This document shows, one piece after another, positions 1-9,846 of a stretch of DNA of 64,000 nt. The first letter of the stretch is position 1. Each line of letters opens with the position of its first letter. Where the stretch lies: contig JBBRCZ010000014.1 of assembly GCA_038204425.1 (NCBI GenBank), forward strand, positions 1 to 64,000. The letters run 5' to 3'. Under the pieces are notes generated by a model that was not told the DNA's origin, ran no database searches, and saw only the letters and a program-made list of their open reading frames with translations. Source of the stretch: Spirochaetia bacterium. Its GTDB lineage: Bacteria; Spirochaetota; Spirochaetia; DSM-27196; Salinispiraceae. The position numbers were made by a program, and so were the translations under genes.

Positions 1-11
1 GCAAAAAAATA

Positions 12-141
12 GCAGTACTTCGAGGCTGGGTTGGAGTGAAGGCGTCAAGCCGAAACGAAATACCCGGCATCGTAGTACTGCGGTCTTGAAAAACCGGGAA
101 AGGGGGCTGGATTAAGAACGCCCCCTTTCCCGCGAAGCGGG
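12..141. repeat. Cluster of inverted repeats/hairpins, function unknown
   Basis: GCAGTACT(12-19)/AGTACTGC(74-81) encloses GCTGGGT/ACCCGGC and GGC/GCC; 13-bp perfect IR CGGGAAAGGGGGC(95-107)/GCCCCCTTTCCCG(120-132); CCCGCGAAGCGGG(129-141). Confidence 0.8.
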
Positions 142-185
142 TCGCAAAAAATTTGAAAATTTGGAGAGTATCGTGGCACTACTTA

Positions 186-571
186 CACAGTTTGCCAGTT
201 TTTTTGTAAGCCCATAAGAATAGCCCGCCTCAGGCGGGCATGGCTTGGCACTCGGACTTGAGTCGCGCCATGAGCCAGTCGCGAACCAAGTCCGCGCGAG
301 CGGTGGAAAGTGATATCTGGTTTCGAGCAACCCCGTCATCAGCCAAATAGCCCAGGACTTCGATGGCTCTAATGTCGGATACTGTTTCTCTGTATTTGAC
401 AATCGCTGGCAATTGCGCATCCACTTGATCGCTATCGCCTAGTTGAGCTTGCATAAGAGGCAAGATCTTTTCGGCCGGAAACGATAAACTTGCTGGCCAT
501 CCAATAGATGCGCCAAGCACCAATGCCACGATATATGAGCGTTTATCAGGAGCACCTGCAACAAAAAACAA
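186..571 (-). pseudogene. Decayed OmpA-family gene, paralogue of 16972..18060
   Basis: QLPAIVKY..IEVLGYLADDG..N.I.LS.ARA..VR..L aligns with the C-terminal domain of 16972..18060; barrel and C-terminal NRR motif missing; stop at 230-232. Confidence 0.8.
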
Positions 572-617
572 TGGCGCTTGTTTGATTTTAAACTATACTA
601 TTGTCTAGGAGTTTTTT

Positions 618-1100
618 ATGAAGAAAACAGTGGTTCTCATAGCTTTGTTAGTTGTCGGTATAGGAAGCGTTTTTTGCCAAGACCTCATGGAGATTAAGAT
701 TGGTTCTTACTCGATCGCAGTTCCATCTGGATGGACTGCCGTATACACCGACTCTACAACGATATTTACCTTGTACTCGCCAGTGGAAGAGGAGGTTGAT
801 GATTTTCAAGAAAACGTCAATTTGGTGACCGAGGACTTACCGTCACGCTATACCGTCAAGGCCTACTTAAAGGCTGCTCAGGGTGCAATCCAACAACTCT
901 ATGATGATTTTGAGCTGCAAGAGAGTGGAGACAACTATCACATATTTTCTGGATCACTCAACGAAACAATGGTTATGCAAATGCAGTTTGTTGCCATAAA
1001 AAACAACGTAGCCTATATTGTCACCTATACCTCAAGTCCAGAGAGCTTCAATCGTTACCTCAAGACCTTTAAGGATATTCAAAAAACGTTTAAGTTCTGA
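618..1100 (+). CDS. Secreted PsbP/DcrB-like protein
   Basis: SD AGGAG, signal peptide, YSIAVPSGW and DDFQENVNL motifs, C-terminal AYIVTYTS. Confidence 0.6.
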   Translation: MKKTVVLIALLVVGIGSVFCQDLMEIKIGSYSIAVPSGWTAVYTDSTTIFTLYSPVEEEVDDFQENVNLVTEDLPSRYTVKAYLKAAQGAIQQLYDDFELQESGDNYHIFSGSLNETMVMQMQFVAIKNNVAYIVTYTSSPESFNRYLKTFKDIQKTFKF

Positions 1101-1219
1101 AATGAATGATAGACTAAAAGAGCTTTTTTATTCTGAGCGCTTGCGAATCATTTTCTTCTTGCCAATAACGAGATTGTGGGTTTAAGATATAGGTTCAAAA
1201 AAAATTTGGAGTATCTATA

Positions 1220-2272
1220 GTGAAACAAACTCGTTTGGTGGCAGCTGTCTTATTCGCTGTACTAATTGTGGCAAGCTGTGTAGACCCAACCACATCAGTT
1301 GCTGAGACCCAGGTTCTAACTTACAATGGTAACAACGAGCAAGCCGGCGGAACTGCGCCTAGCGCAGCTACCGTTTATACCCGCGGCCTTTCCGTTGTGG
1401 TACTCAACAACATCGGTGACTACAGCAAAGCTGGTTATAATTTTGCCGGTTGGAACGACAGAGAAGACGGGACTGGCCTTACATTTGCACCCGGTGCAAG
1501 CCTTACTATTGCCAACCAAGACATTACATTATATGCAGTTTGGATCCCACACGGCATGTCATTTATCAGTAATAAGAACAGTATCACCATCAACTCGAGT
1601 AATAGCAGCGCCTTGGGGGGAGTAGTCGTCATTCCCAATGGCGTAACCCACATAGCAAAGGCAGCATTCAAAGACTGCACGGAAGTTACAGAATTTATTA
1701 TAGCACCAACTGTCGTCTACCTAGGAGAAGAAGCCTTTTTGTCCTGCCTCGCACTAGAAAAAATAAATATCCCTAGCGGAGTGCAAACTATAAGTAACTC
1801 ACTTTTCATAAATTGTTTTGAGCTAAGCACTTTGAGTTTGCCACTCACCATCACTTCTATCGGCAGTTTTGCTTTTCAAAACTGCAAAAAACTGCTTAGT
1901 CCGGGCACTTTGCCAGGGCTCAAAGAAATTAAAAACAACGCGTTTCAATATTGTGAACTATTGAGCACTATAGAGCTACCGGAGGGGCTGAGTGCAATCG
2001 GTTCAAGTGCGTTTAGTTCGTGTTTTGCTCTAAGTACGGTAAGTGTGCCGGCAAGTGTCACGAGTATCGGTTTTGCAGCGTTTGCCTCTTGCACTAACTT
2101 AATTTCAGTAACTATGCTTGGCTCCACACCACCAGCTTTGGACGTGGACTCCAATTGTTTTGCGAGTACTCACGCCAGCTTACAGATCCATGTGCCAACT
2201 CCTGCCGCCCTAACAGCGTTTCAGGCGGCAACTGGCTGGCAAGTTTACTCGGCAAATATCGTTACTCCATAA
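1220..2272 (+). CDS. Lipoprotein with InlB B-repeat and BspA-type leucine-rich repeats
   Basis: Lipobox IVASC; YNGN..GG.AP..GYNFAGWN..DGTG..TLYAVW; repeated IPxxVxxIxxxAFxxC. Confidence 0.85.
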   Translation: MKQTRLVAAVLFAVLIVASCVDPTTSVAETQVLTYNGNNEQAGGTAPSAATVYTRGLSVVVLNNIGDYSKAGYNFAGWNDREDGTGLTFAPGASLTIANQDITLYAVWIPHGMSFISNKNSITINSSNSSALGGVVVIPNGVTHIAKAAFKDCTEVTEFIIAPTVVYLGEEAFLSCLALEKINIPSGVQTISNSLFINCFELSTLSLPLTITSIGSFAFQNCKKLLSPGTLPGLKEIKNNAFQYCELLSTIELPEGLSAIGSSAFSSCFALSTVSVPASVTSIGFAAFASCTNLISVTMLGSTPPALDVDSNCFASTHASLQIHVPTPAALTAFQAATGWQVYSANIVTP

Positions 2273-2313
2273 ACATAAAGCAGTAGATTGTAACGATTGA
2301 TTGGGAGTAACGA

Positions 2314-2667
2314 ATGACAGATATACCTATCCAGCAGGACAACGGCAATGGCAATGGAGACGGTATTGCTCTTCGTGACGAGATGGCAATTAAGAGAACC
2401 TACTTGGCACTTGAAAGAACTTTGCTTTCTTATTTGAGGACGGCGATGTCTCTCGTTTTGGCAGGTCTAACTATAGTGACTTTGATAAGTCAGACTTGGT
2501 TTGTTATCGTCGGTTTTGCTATAATCCCAATCGGGATAGCACTTGGCATCTTTGGTGTAGTTCGTGCAATTACTGTCAGCAAAAGGATTACTGGTGACAG
2601 CAATCGCCTTCGCTACCGTGAGAGTGATTGCCGTGAGAGTGATAATCATGATGCCCCGCGGCGCTAA
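2314..2667 (+). CDS. DUF202/YidH-family membrane protein
   Basis: LALERTLLSYLRTA motif and two hydrophobic segments. Confidence 0.8.
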   Translation: MTDIPIQQDNGNGNGDGIALRDEMAIKRTYLALERTLLSYLRTAMSLVLAGLTIVTLISQTWFVIVGFAIIPIGIALGIFGVVRAITVSKRITGDSNRLRYRESDCRESDNHDAPRR

Positions 2668-2677
2668 TCACCTCGTT

Positions 2678-5158
2678 CTATATAAAAAACGTTGCGCGTG
2701 AGCTGTCGGCAGCTTCCAACATGGTTGCTACGCCGCCCGATTCTACGCCTTCAAGCAACTCTTCCATTTTGACACCCATTACTTCCATGCTCATGTTGCA
2801 GGCCACCATTCTAACGCCGGACGCGATGGCGTTTTCCAACATAGTCTGTAGGCTATCTATCTTTAAGCCGCGCATACGGCCCTTCATCATCCACGTGCCG
2901 AGGCCTGCCATGTTTAATTTGGACATGCTAAGTTTGTTGAGGTTGGATGGCAGCATCAAGCCAAACATCGTACCCATAAAGCCTTTTTTGACCTTTGGTT
3001 TTTTGACTTTTTTGATCACATTTAAACCCCAAAAGGTAAAGAACAACGTCACTTTTTTACCTGTGCTGGCTGCACCGTTGGCAATTACCAAGCTGGCCAG
3101 GGCTTTATCCATATCGTCAGAAAAAACGATTAGGGTTGTGTCTTGGGCACCAGTGCTCAGCACAGAAGTCTGAGTCTGGCTTGTGCCTTTTTCTATCAGA
3201 GCTGTGATTTTTCCTGAGTCCTGCGTGAGAGATAGCAACTTGTTTCCCGTCATGCGACACCAGGATTCTACATCTTTTGCAAAGCCAGGATCGCTTGCGA
3301 CTTGCTTAATTAGGTCTCCCTGAATACGCTTGTCCATCTCTTTCTTTAGCATAAAGATGGGCCCAGGGCATTGAAGCCCACAGGCGTCTAGTTCTATCGT
3401 TGTTATCATAAGTGACATGCTGCCCCCCATAAGTGCTGACTTGTCAGGATCAAATTGATAGATCTTGTCGTCGTTGTGAATAAGTTCCTTAACAAAGAGG
3501 TCTTCGTTAGATTGTTTGTCGTTGGCATGAAGCCAAGTCTTATACCCACCTGATAAGGTGTAGACCGTCTTAAAGCCAGATTGAACCAAGACTCGTTCTG
3601 CCAAATAGGCCCTAAGTCCAACCCCACAGATAGCGATGATCTCTTTATCGCGAGGTATTTCTGCCAGTCTTTGGCGAAGCTGCTGCAGTGGGATGTTGAG
3701 TGACCCAGGAATGGCACCAAGTGCTACTTCTTCAGCTAGCCTAACGTCAAGCAGTACCGCGTCAGGATGGAGATCCAGTTCTTGATAGCCAAGATTGTGG
3801 CTCTTTTGGGACAAAAGATTTTGAGCAATAAAACCCAGTACGTTGACAGGATCTTTGGCGCTGGAATAGGGTGGGGCATAGGCGTGTTCGATTTCAGTCA
3901 AATCTTCGATGCTACCTTGTTTGCCAATAAGCACCGCTATCATGTCGATTCGTTTATCAACGCCTTCATATCCCACCGCTTGTGCGCCCAAGATGCGATG
4001 GTCAAGGCCAAATAGCAGTTTTAGCGTAATGGTGGTGGCTCCTGGATAATAACCTGCGTGCGAACTTGTGTGAATAATGCACGACTTAAACGGGATCTCA
4101 TCTCGTCGCAGAGTCTTTTCATTTACACCGGTAGAGGCCACGGTTAGGTCAAAGACCTTTGCGACGGCTGTGCCAATTGAGCCATGGTAGATGGTCTTTT
4201 TTTTACCAACAATGTTGTCTGCGCACAGGCGCCCTTGCTTGTTGGCGGGTCCTGCCAAGTAAGTGATGGTACTTTTTCCCGTGATCGGACTGGGAAACTC
4301 TATGGCGTCGCCAAGCGCATAGATGTTTGGATCCGAGGTTTGCAAGTATTCGTTAACAAGGATACCCTTGCAAGGACCAATACTGAGTCCGGCCTGGCTT
4401 GCCAAGCTCAGGTCGGGACGGACCCCAATAGACAGGATAACCATGTCAGTTTCTAGGTTGCGCCCAGAATTGAGCTTAAGTCCTATGGTAGTCTCTGACG
4501 GTTCAATGGACTTAACTCCATCACCCAAATAGCATTCTATGCCCTTAACTTTAAAGTGTTGATGGACTTCAGCCGCCATTTCTGCATCCAGCATTATCAT
4601 AACTTGAGCAGACATCTCCACAATGCTGACCTTGATGCCCAAGCGATGCAGGTTTTCGGCCATCTCAAGACCAATAAAACCAGCGCCTATGATGACGGCG
4701 CGTTTGGGGCTATGCGTGCCGACAAAAGTTTTTATTTTGTCGGTGTCATTTACGGTACGGATGGTAAAAATACCAGGAGTCTCCACGCCCGCTATCGGTG
4801 GCCTTACTGGTTCCGCGCCCGGAGAAAGCACCAACGTGTCATAGTCCTCCCAGTAGAGCTGGCTGGTGCTGATTACTTTGACGTGGACTTTTTTTTGTTC
4901 TCGATCTATGGCTACGACTTCGTTTAAGACACGAACGTCGATATTGAGGGTGTCCTTAAAAGTCTGTGGAGTTTGAACAAATAGCTTGTCTCGGTCAGTG
5001 ATGGTACCGCCCAAATAGTAAGGCAGACCACAATTGGCATACGAAATGTACTCACCGCGTTCAAAGAGAATGATTTCTGCACCTTCGTCTAGACGCCTCA
5101 GTCGAGCTGCGGTACTGGCACCACCGGCGACGCCACCTACGATGAGAATCTTGGCCAT
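2678..5158 (-). CDS. CoA-disulfide reductase fused to rhodanese, SirA/TusA and DsrE-like domains
   Basis: GGVAGG FAD motif, SYANCGLPY, YAPPYS; rhodanese LDVR..CGVGLR; LDACGLQCPGP; LFFTFWG..ACNMSM. Confidence 0.92.
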   Translation of the reverse strand: MAKILIVGGVAGGASTAARLRRLDEGAEIILFERGEYISYANCGLPYYLGGTITDRDKLFVQTPQTFKDTLNIDVRVLNEVVAIDREQKKVHVKVISTSQLYWEDYDTLVLSPGAEPVRPPIAGVETPGIFTIRTVNDTDKIKTFVGTHSPKRAVIIGAGFIGLEMAENLHRLGIKVSIVEMSAQVMIMLDAEMAAEVHQHFKVKGIECYLGDGVKSIEPSETTIGLKLNSGRNLETDMVILSIGVRPDLSLASQAGLSIGPCKGILVNEYLQTSDPNIYALGDAIEFPSPITGKSTITYLAGPANKQGRLCADNIVGKKKTIYHGSIGTAVAKVFDLTVASTGVNEKTLRRDEIPFKSCIIHTSSHAGYYPGATTITLKLLFGLDHRILGAQAVGYEGVDKRIDMIAVLIGKQGSIEDLTEIEHAYAPPYSSAKDPVNVLGFIAQNLLSQKSHNLGYQELDLHPDAVLLDVRLAEEVALGAIPGSLNIPLQQLRQRLAEIPRDKEIIAICGVGLRAYLAERVLVQSGFKTVYTLSGGYKTWLHANDKQSNEDLFVKELIHNDDKIYQFDPDKSALMGGSMSLMITTIELDACGLQCPGPIFMLKKEMDKRIQGDLIKQVASDPGFAKDVESWCRMTGNKLLSLTQDSGKITALIEKGTSQTQTSVLSTGAQDTTLIVFSDDMDKALASLVIANGAASTGKKVTLFFTFWGLNVIKKVKKPKVKKGFMGTMFGLMLPSNLNKLSMSKLNMAGLGTWMMKGRMRGLKIDSLQTMLENAIASGVRMVACNMSMEVMGVKMEELLEGVESGGVATMLEAADSSRATFFI

Positions 5159-5180
5159 TATTGACCTCCTGTTGAAAAAA

Positions 5181-5513
5181 CTATCGAGACGCTCGCGGTC
5201 CGTTGATGGTTGAGTAAGGCCAGCTGTTGAGACCGCCCAGGTCGAATGCCTTTGAGTAACCCATTTCCTTTAGAATTTTGACCGATAGACTGGATCGGCG
5301 GCCGGTTCGACAATAAACGACCACTGTGCTATCCTTGTTGGGGATAAGGTTGGCTGCAGTTTCGGCGGTAATTTGATCCAGAGTAAGTAAAAGAGATCCA
5401 TCGATTCGTGCTTGTGCAGGCGTAATAGCATGGATAGCGTCAGAAGCACATGAAATGCTAACTACACTAAACAATAGCGCAGTTAAGACCAGCGGTCTCA
5501 AATTTTTCATCAA
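5181..5513 (-). CDS. Rhodanese-domain lipoprotein, apparently with an internal deletion
   Basis: Lipobox-like SISC; YCRTGRRS active loop; DLGGLNSW; the usual LDVR..GHI segment is absent. Confidence 0.7.
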   Translation of the reverse strand: MMKNLRPLVLTALLFSVVSISCASDAIHAITPAQARIDGSLLLTLDQITAETAANLIPNKDSTVVVYCRTGRRSSLSVKILKEMGYSKAFDLGGLNSWPYSTINGPRASR

Positions 5514-5579
5514 AACACTCCTCTACGTGATCAAAAAAAATCTCACATCTAAGTATAATACCAAGTAGAGCTGTAGTTC

Positions 5580-5595
5580 TGTGACTTAAGTCACT
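5580..5595. promoter_or_regulatory. Crp/Fnr-type operator
   Basis: TGTGAC-TTAA-GTCACT, centred about 42 nt upstream of a predicted minus-strand start (-10 TATACT at 5557-5552). Confidence 0.7.
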
Positions 5596-5608
5596 TTAGG
5601 CACCGGAT

Positions 5609-6295
5609 TTAAAAACAAGTACTTAGGCTAATCTCTGCACGACCAAGTTTGAGCAGTTTTCTTTGCTCCCAATCCTTGAGGATCCGGCTCACCACCTCGC
5701 GAGAGGTTCCCAAATTGCTGGCAATCTCTTGATGAGTAAGGCGGATAGTGCCATTTTCTGTGCAGATTTGTGTCAACAAAAACTCGCGCAAACGCTGATC
5801 AACTTGCTTAAAGGCCACTTCTTCCACCAGTTCCATCATGCTTGCCAGTCGCTGAGTATATTGATCCAAAACAAAGTCTCTAAAGACGGGACTGTTGTTG
5901 AGCAATTTTTTGACCAGAATCAAAGGAATAAAGGCTGCCGCGGTGGAGGATTCTGCCACTGCCGTGGCCGGAAAAGCAAAAAAATCACGCAAGCAACTGG
6001 CGCTAAGTATGCAGCTTTGGCCAGCTTCTATTCTATAGAGCGTAATTTCTCGTCCACCTTGCGAGGTTTTAAAGACTCGTATGCAGCCATTGATTACTAG
6101 CAAAAACTGGTGGCAGGTATCACCAGGCTTCATAAGTACGCTTCCCTCATCCAGAAAACGATAAGTAACGGCGTCAAGCAGGGCTTTTTGTTCACTTTGT
6201 GACCGAGATGGATCAGCAATTAAAGTGCCAAAACGTTTAGAAAAATGTTGTTTGACAAGATCTAGACGCATGGCTGGCTTAGCTTGTGCACACAT
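5609..6295 (-). CDS. Crp/Fnr-family transcriptional regulator (start uncertain, 6295 or 6271)
   Basis: cNMP-like domain GREITLYRI..G.SC; HTH LTHQEIASNLGTSREVVSRIL. Confidence 0.9.
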   Translation of the reverse strand: MCAQAKPAMRLDLVKQHFSKRFGTLIADPSRSQSEQKALLDAVTYRFLDEGSVLMKPGDTCHQFLLVINGCIRVFKTSQGGREITLYRIEAGQSCILSASCLRDFFAFPATAVAESSTAAAFIPLILVKKLLNNSPVFRDFVLDQYTQRLASMMELVEEVAFKQVDQRLREFLLTQICTENGTIRLTHQEIASNLGTSREVVSRILKDWEQRKLLKLGRAEISLSTCF

Positions 6296-8042
6296 AACGT
6301 TGCCAGTACTGCCCGCGTTGTGAGCACAATTGCTCATGGCTGCCTTGCTCGGTGATAAGGCCGTGTTCCAAGAGCACTATTTTGTCGGCATGGCGGATAG
6401 TTGACAGTCTATGAGCAATCACCAAACAGCTGCGACCCTTCATTAGCTTGTTAATTCCCTTTTGGATCAGGCGCTCCGTTTCGGTGTCGACCGAGCTAGT
6501 GGCCTCGTCCAGGATGAGAATCTTAGGGTTGGCAAGCAGTGCGCGCGCAAGGCTAATTAATTGTCGCTGCCCCATCGACAAACTGGCACCGCGGTCGGTG
6601 ACAACGGTTTCGTAACCTTGTTCAAGTTCAAGAATAAAGTCATGGGCATGGACCGCCCCAGCTGCGGCTTCAATGTCTTGATCACTGGCATCGAGTTTTC
6701 CGTAGCGGATGTTTTCTCGGATGCTGATGCCAAACAAAAAGCTGTCTTGCATCATCAGGCCCATCTGAGATCGAATAGAATGATGGTTGTAGTCAGCAAT
6801 GTTATGCTCATCGAGTAGCACACGCCCTTGATTTGCTTGGTAAAAGCGCGAAAGTAGACTGGCAACGGTAGTTTTTCCTGCTCCGGTTGGTCCAATCAAA
6901 GCTACAGTCTGGCCGGGTTCAATACTGAGATTAAATGAGCTCAGTATGACTTGTTCCGACTCGTAACCAAAACTGATGTCTTCAAAGCGGATCAAACCCC
7001 GTACGGCCGGCAGGTCTGGCCTTTGGGCGTCCAATGGGTCATCCTCAGTTTCGTCAATCGTTTCAAAAATACTCTCGAGATAGGCGCCCGCTTGGACCAA
7101 CTGAGCATAAAAGTTGCCGATGGTACTTACCGGTGCCCAAAAACGCCAAACCAAACTAATAAAGGCCACCAAAACCCCTACGCTACTGCCATGGTCGAGC
7201 CCGCCCACGCCGGCGATGTAGACCAGACAAACTACTAGTACCGACAAGAGCTCTATGCCTGGCCAGACCATAAAAAAGGCAGCTACAGCCCTCATCCAAG
7301 CCAGGTGCCAAGCCCTACCAAGGCGCTCAAAAATGCTCTGATTTATTGCTTCACGAGCAAAGGATTGACTAACTGCCATGCCTGACAACGATTCGTGCAG
7401 CCAAGCGTTGAGATTTGACTGCTTGCGACTCATCACATGCCAACGCTTGTGCTGGTGGTTCTTAAGTAGCAGTATAACCAGCATCAGTACCGGTAATCCT
7501 GCCAAGCAGATCAAAGTTAAGCGTAGGTCGATCACAAACATAAAAATGATGATAAACAACAAGTTAAAAAGGTCGGTAATGACGTTTATCAGGCCGTTGG
7601 ACAATAGATCTGACAGAGAGTTTACATAATTGACTACTCGGATCAATATTTTTCCATGCGGTCGTGAGTCAAAGTAGCCAAAGCCAAGTCGCTGTAGTTT
7701 GCCAAAAATATCGCTACGCAAATCCTTTACTACCGTTTGACCCATTTTGTTCATGATTCTAATTCTGATGCCCAAAAAAACCGAAAAAATTATTTGGCTC
7801 AAGAGCACCCACAATCCAATAAGTACCAGACCAAGTAAGTCCTTGTTTGGAATGCTTTCGTCGATGGCAACCTTGATTAGGTAGTTGGGCACGAGTGAGG
7901 CTAGGCTGGCGACTATCATTAAAGCAACAGAAATGAGCAGTGCTTTTTTGTGGCTGCCGAGGTAGGGGGCCAAGCGCTTAATGGTGTGGATGCTAAAGCG
8001 GCTTGACTCGGCTTCGTCTTGTTCAAAGGTGTTACGCGCCAT
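6279..8042 (-). CDS. ABC exporter, fused permease/ATPase
   Basis: Six TM segments, GPTGAGKTT, LSMGQRQ, ILDEAT. Confidence 0.92.
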   Translation of the reverse strand: MARNTFEQDEAESSRFSIHTIKRLAPYLGSHKKALLISVALMIVASLASLVPNYLIKVAIDESIPNKDLLGLVLIGLWVLLSQIIFSVFLGIRIRIMNKMGQTVVKDLRSDIFGKLQRLGFGYFDSRPHGKILIRVVNYVNSLSDLLSNGLINVITDLFNLLFIIIFMFVIDLRLTLICLAGLPVLMLVILLLKNHQHKRWHVMSRKQSNLNAWLHESLSGMAVSQSFAREAINQSIFERLGRAWHLAWMRAVAAFFMVWPGIELLSVLVVCLVYIAGVGGLDHGSSVGVLVAFISLVWRFWAPVSTIGNFYAQLVQAGAYLESIFETIDETEDDPLDAQRPDLPAVRGLIRFEDISFGYESEQVILSSFNLSIEPGQTVALIGPTGAGKTTVASLLSRFYQANQGRVLLDEHNIADYNHHSIRSQMGLMMQDSFLFGISIRENIRYGKLDASDQDIEAAAGAVHAHDFILELEQGYETVVTDRGASLSMGQRQLISLARALLANPKILILDEATSSVDTETERLIQKGINKLMKGRSCLVIAHRLSTIRHADKIVLLEHGLITEQGSHEQLCSQRGQYWQRYVCTS

Positions 8043-9813
8043 GATTGCTATCCTCTATGCCGTTTTGGTGGTCCCAAACAAGCCGGTAGTAGCCGTCTTC
8101 TTGCAGGAGCTCTTGATGGCTGCCTTGTTGTATAATTTTGCCTTGGTCTAAGACCACAATTTGATCAGCATGCATTACCGACGACAGGCGACTAGAAATT
8201 ATAAAAAGCGTCTGTGTGCCGTGCAGCTGCCTAAAGCTATCTTGCAGCCGTTCTTCGGTTTCGATATCAACCGCACTAGTGGTATCGTCCAAAATCATTA
8301 CGGCCGGTCTAGCCAAAAACAGTCTAGCAAGCGATAGACGTTGGCGCTGCCCTCCTGATAAACCCACGCCACGTTCGCCCACCACCGTATCGTAAGAATT
8401 GCTAAGCTCAGTGACAAATTCGTGGGCTTGGGCCAGCTTTGCGGCCTCGATCACTTGCTCCATTGAAGCATCTGGCCGGGCAAAAGCGATGTTACCTTCG
8501 ATGCTGTCAGAGAACAAAAACACGTCTTGCATGGCCATGCCTACCTGGCGGCGTAGGTCTTGCAAAGAAAGCTTTCGAATATCCGTCCCATTGAGGCGGA
8601 TTGTGCCTGACTTGCAGTCAAAATGGCGGCACAAGAGTCTCATTAATGTTGTCTTGCCTGACCCTGTCGGGCCAACAATGCCAATCGTTTGACCTGCTTC
8701 AATATGCAGATTGATATTAGTGAGTAGTTCTTTATCACCAAAAGAAAAGCTTAACTCTTCAATTGCAATAGAAGCACTGCGAAGAACGGCTAAACTACTT
8801 GCAGCTTCAGAACTTGGGGGGTTGTTCAGTTGACTAGTGGACAGCGAAAGCTGGTGGACTCGCTCAAGACTAGCCACAAAGCGCTGTATATCGTTTACCA
8901 GCCAGCCAGACATTCTCAAAGGAATATTAAGTGTCCAGACCATACCAGAAAAGACTACCAGCTGACCCAAGCTCAAGTCCCCATTGATTACCAAAAAACC
9001 GCCCAACACCAACATGATCACTACCAAAAGAGAAGCAAAAAACTCAATCACCGGAATCCAAGTGCCCCAAATAGCGGCCGACTCAAGGTTTTTTTGGCCA
9101 TAGGCTTGGTTTTCTTGCTCAAAACGATTGGTCTCATGGCCTTCACGCGCAAATGCCTTAACCGTGCGATTGCCGGCGATATATTCTTGAACCATAGAAT
9201 TGAGTCGGCTAAACTGCTCACGAATGGCCGCAAAACTTGGTTTGACTTGCTTGGTTAGCTTAAAAGTTGCCCATGCAATCAGTGGGCACGGTGCCAGAAG
9301 CACCAAAGTAAACTGCCAATTGATGGTAAAGAGTAGTGTCACCGAAAAAACAAAGATCAGAAAGTTTTCAAAAACTTGGTAGATTACCCAGGCAATGCCA
9401 TGTCTGATCGCGTCGAGGTCGCCAGTCAGCTGCGCCATAAGATCGCCTGTCTTGTTTTTGTCAAAAAAGCTACTGTCCATGGTATGTACTTGATGATAAA
9501 GGTCGTTCCGTGCTCGCCCCAAAGCCCTTTGAGCTATATGCTCAAATAGCAGTTGAAAAACAAAACGCAGTCCAAGTTTGAGACTCACCGTAAGCACCAT
9601 CAGCCCAAGGATAGGCAAGAGTAGCTCGCGCTGCCCCTGCGTAATCACTTGGTCAACAATCATTCCAGCAAGCGGAGAAAAGGGCAGGCTTAAGGCCGCC
9701 GCTAAGGCCGTCAGAACTAGACCTATCAGCAGCAAAAACCTATGCGGCCTAAGATAAGACCAAATCCATTGATACATAAGGCCGATTGTAGAATGTTGCT
9801 TGCTTATATTCAA
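8032..9813 (-). CDS. ABC exporter, fused permease/ATPase (degenerate-site partner)
   Basis: GPTGSGKTT, LSGGQRQ, ILDDTT; overlaps its partner gene. Confidence 0.92.
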   Translation of the reverse strand: MNISKQHSTIGLMYQWIWSYLRPHRFLLLIGLVLTALAAALSLPFSPLAGMIVDQVITQGQRELLLPILGLMVLTVSLKLGLRFVFQLLFEHIAQRALGRARNDLYHQVHTMDSSFFDKNKTGDLMAQLTGDLDAIRHGIAWVIYQVFENFLIFVFSVTLLFTINWQFTLVLLAPCPLIAWATFKLTKQVKPSFAAIREQFSRLNSMVQEYIAGNRTVKAFAREGHETNRFEQENQAYGQKNLESAAIWGTWIPVIEFFASLLVVIMLVLGGFLVINGDLSLGQLVVFSGMVWTLNIPLRMSGWLVNDIQRFVASLERVHQLSLSTSQLNNPPSSEAASSLAVLRSASIAIEELSFSFGDKELLTNINLHIEAGQTIGIVGPTGSGKTTLMRLLCRHFDCKSGTIRLNGTDIRKLSLQDLRRQVGMAMQDVFLFSDSIEGNIAFARPDASMEQVIEAAKLAQAHEFVTELSNSYDTVVGERGVGLSGGQRQRLSLARLFLARPAVMILDDTTSAVDIETEERLQDSFRQLHGTQTLFIISSRLSSVMHADQIVVLDQGKIIQQGSHQELLQEDGYYRLVWDHQNGIEDSNHGA

Positions 9814-9846
9814 TCAAGAACCGTGTCAAAAAATTGCGATAGACAG

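Noticed and set aside
2617..2646. 15-bp near-tandem repeat CGTGAGAGTGAT in the DUF202 tail
   Set aside because: Two copies in a low-complexity C-terminus; ordinary slippage
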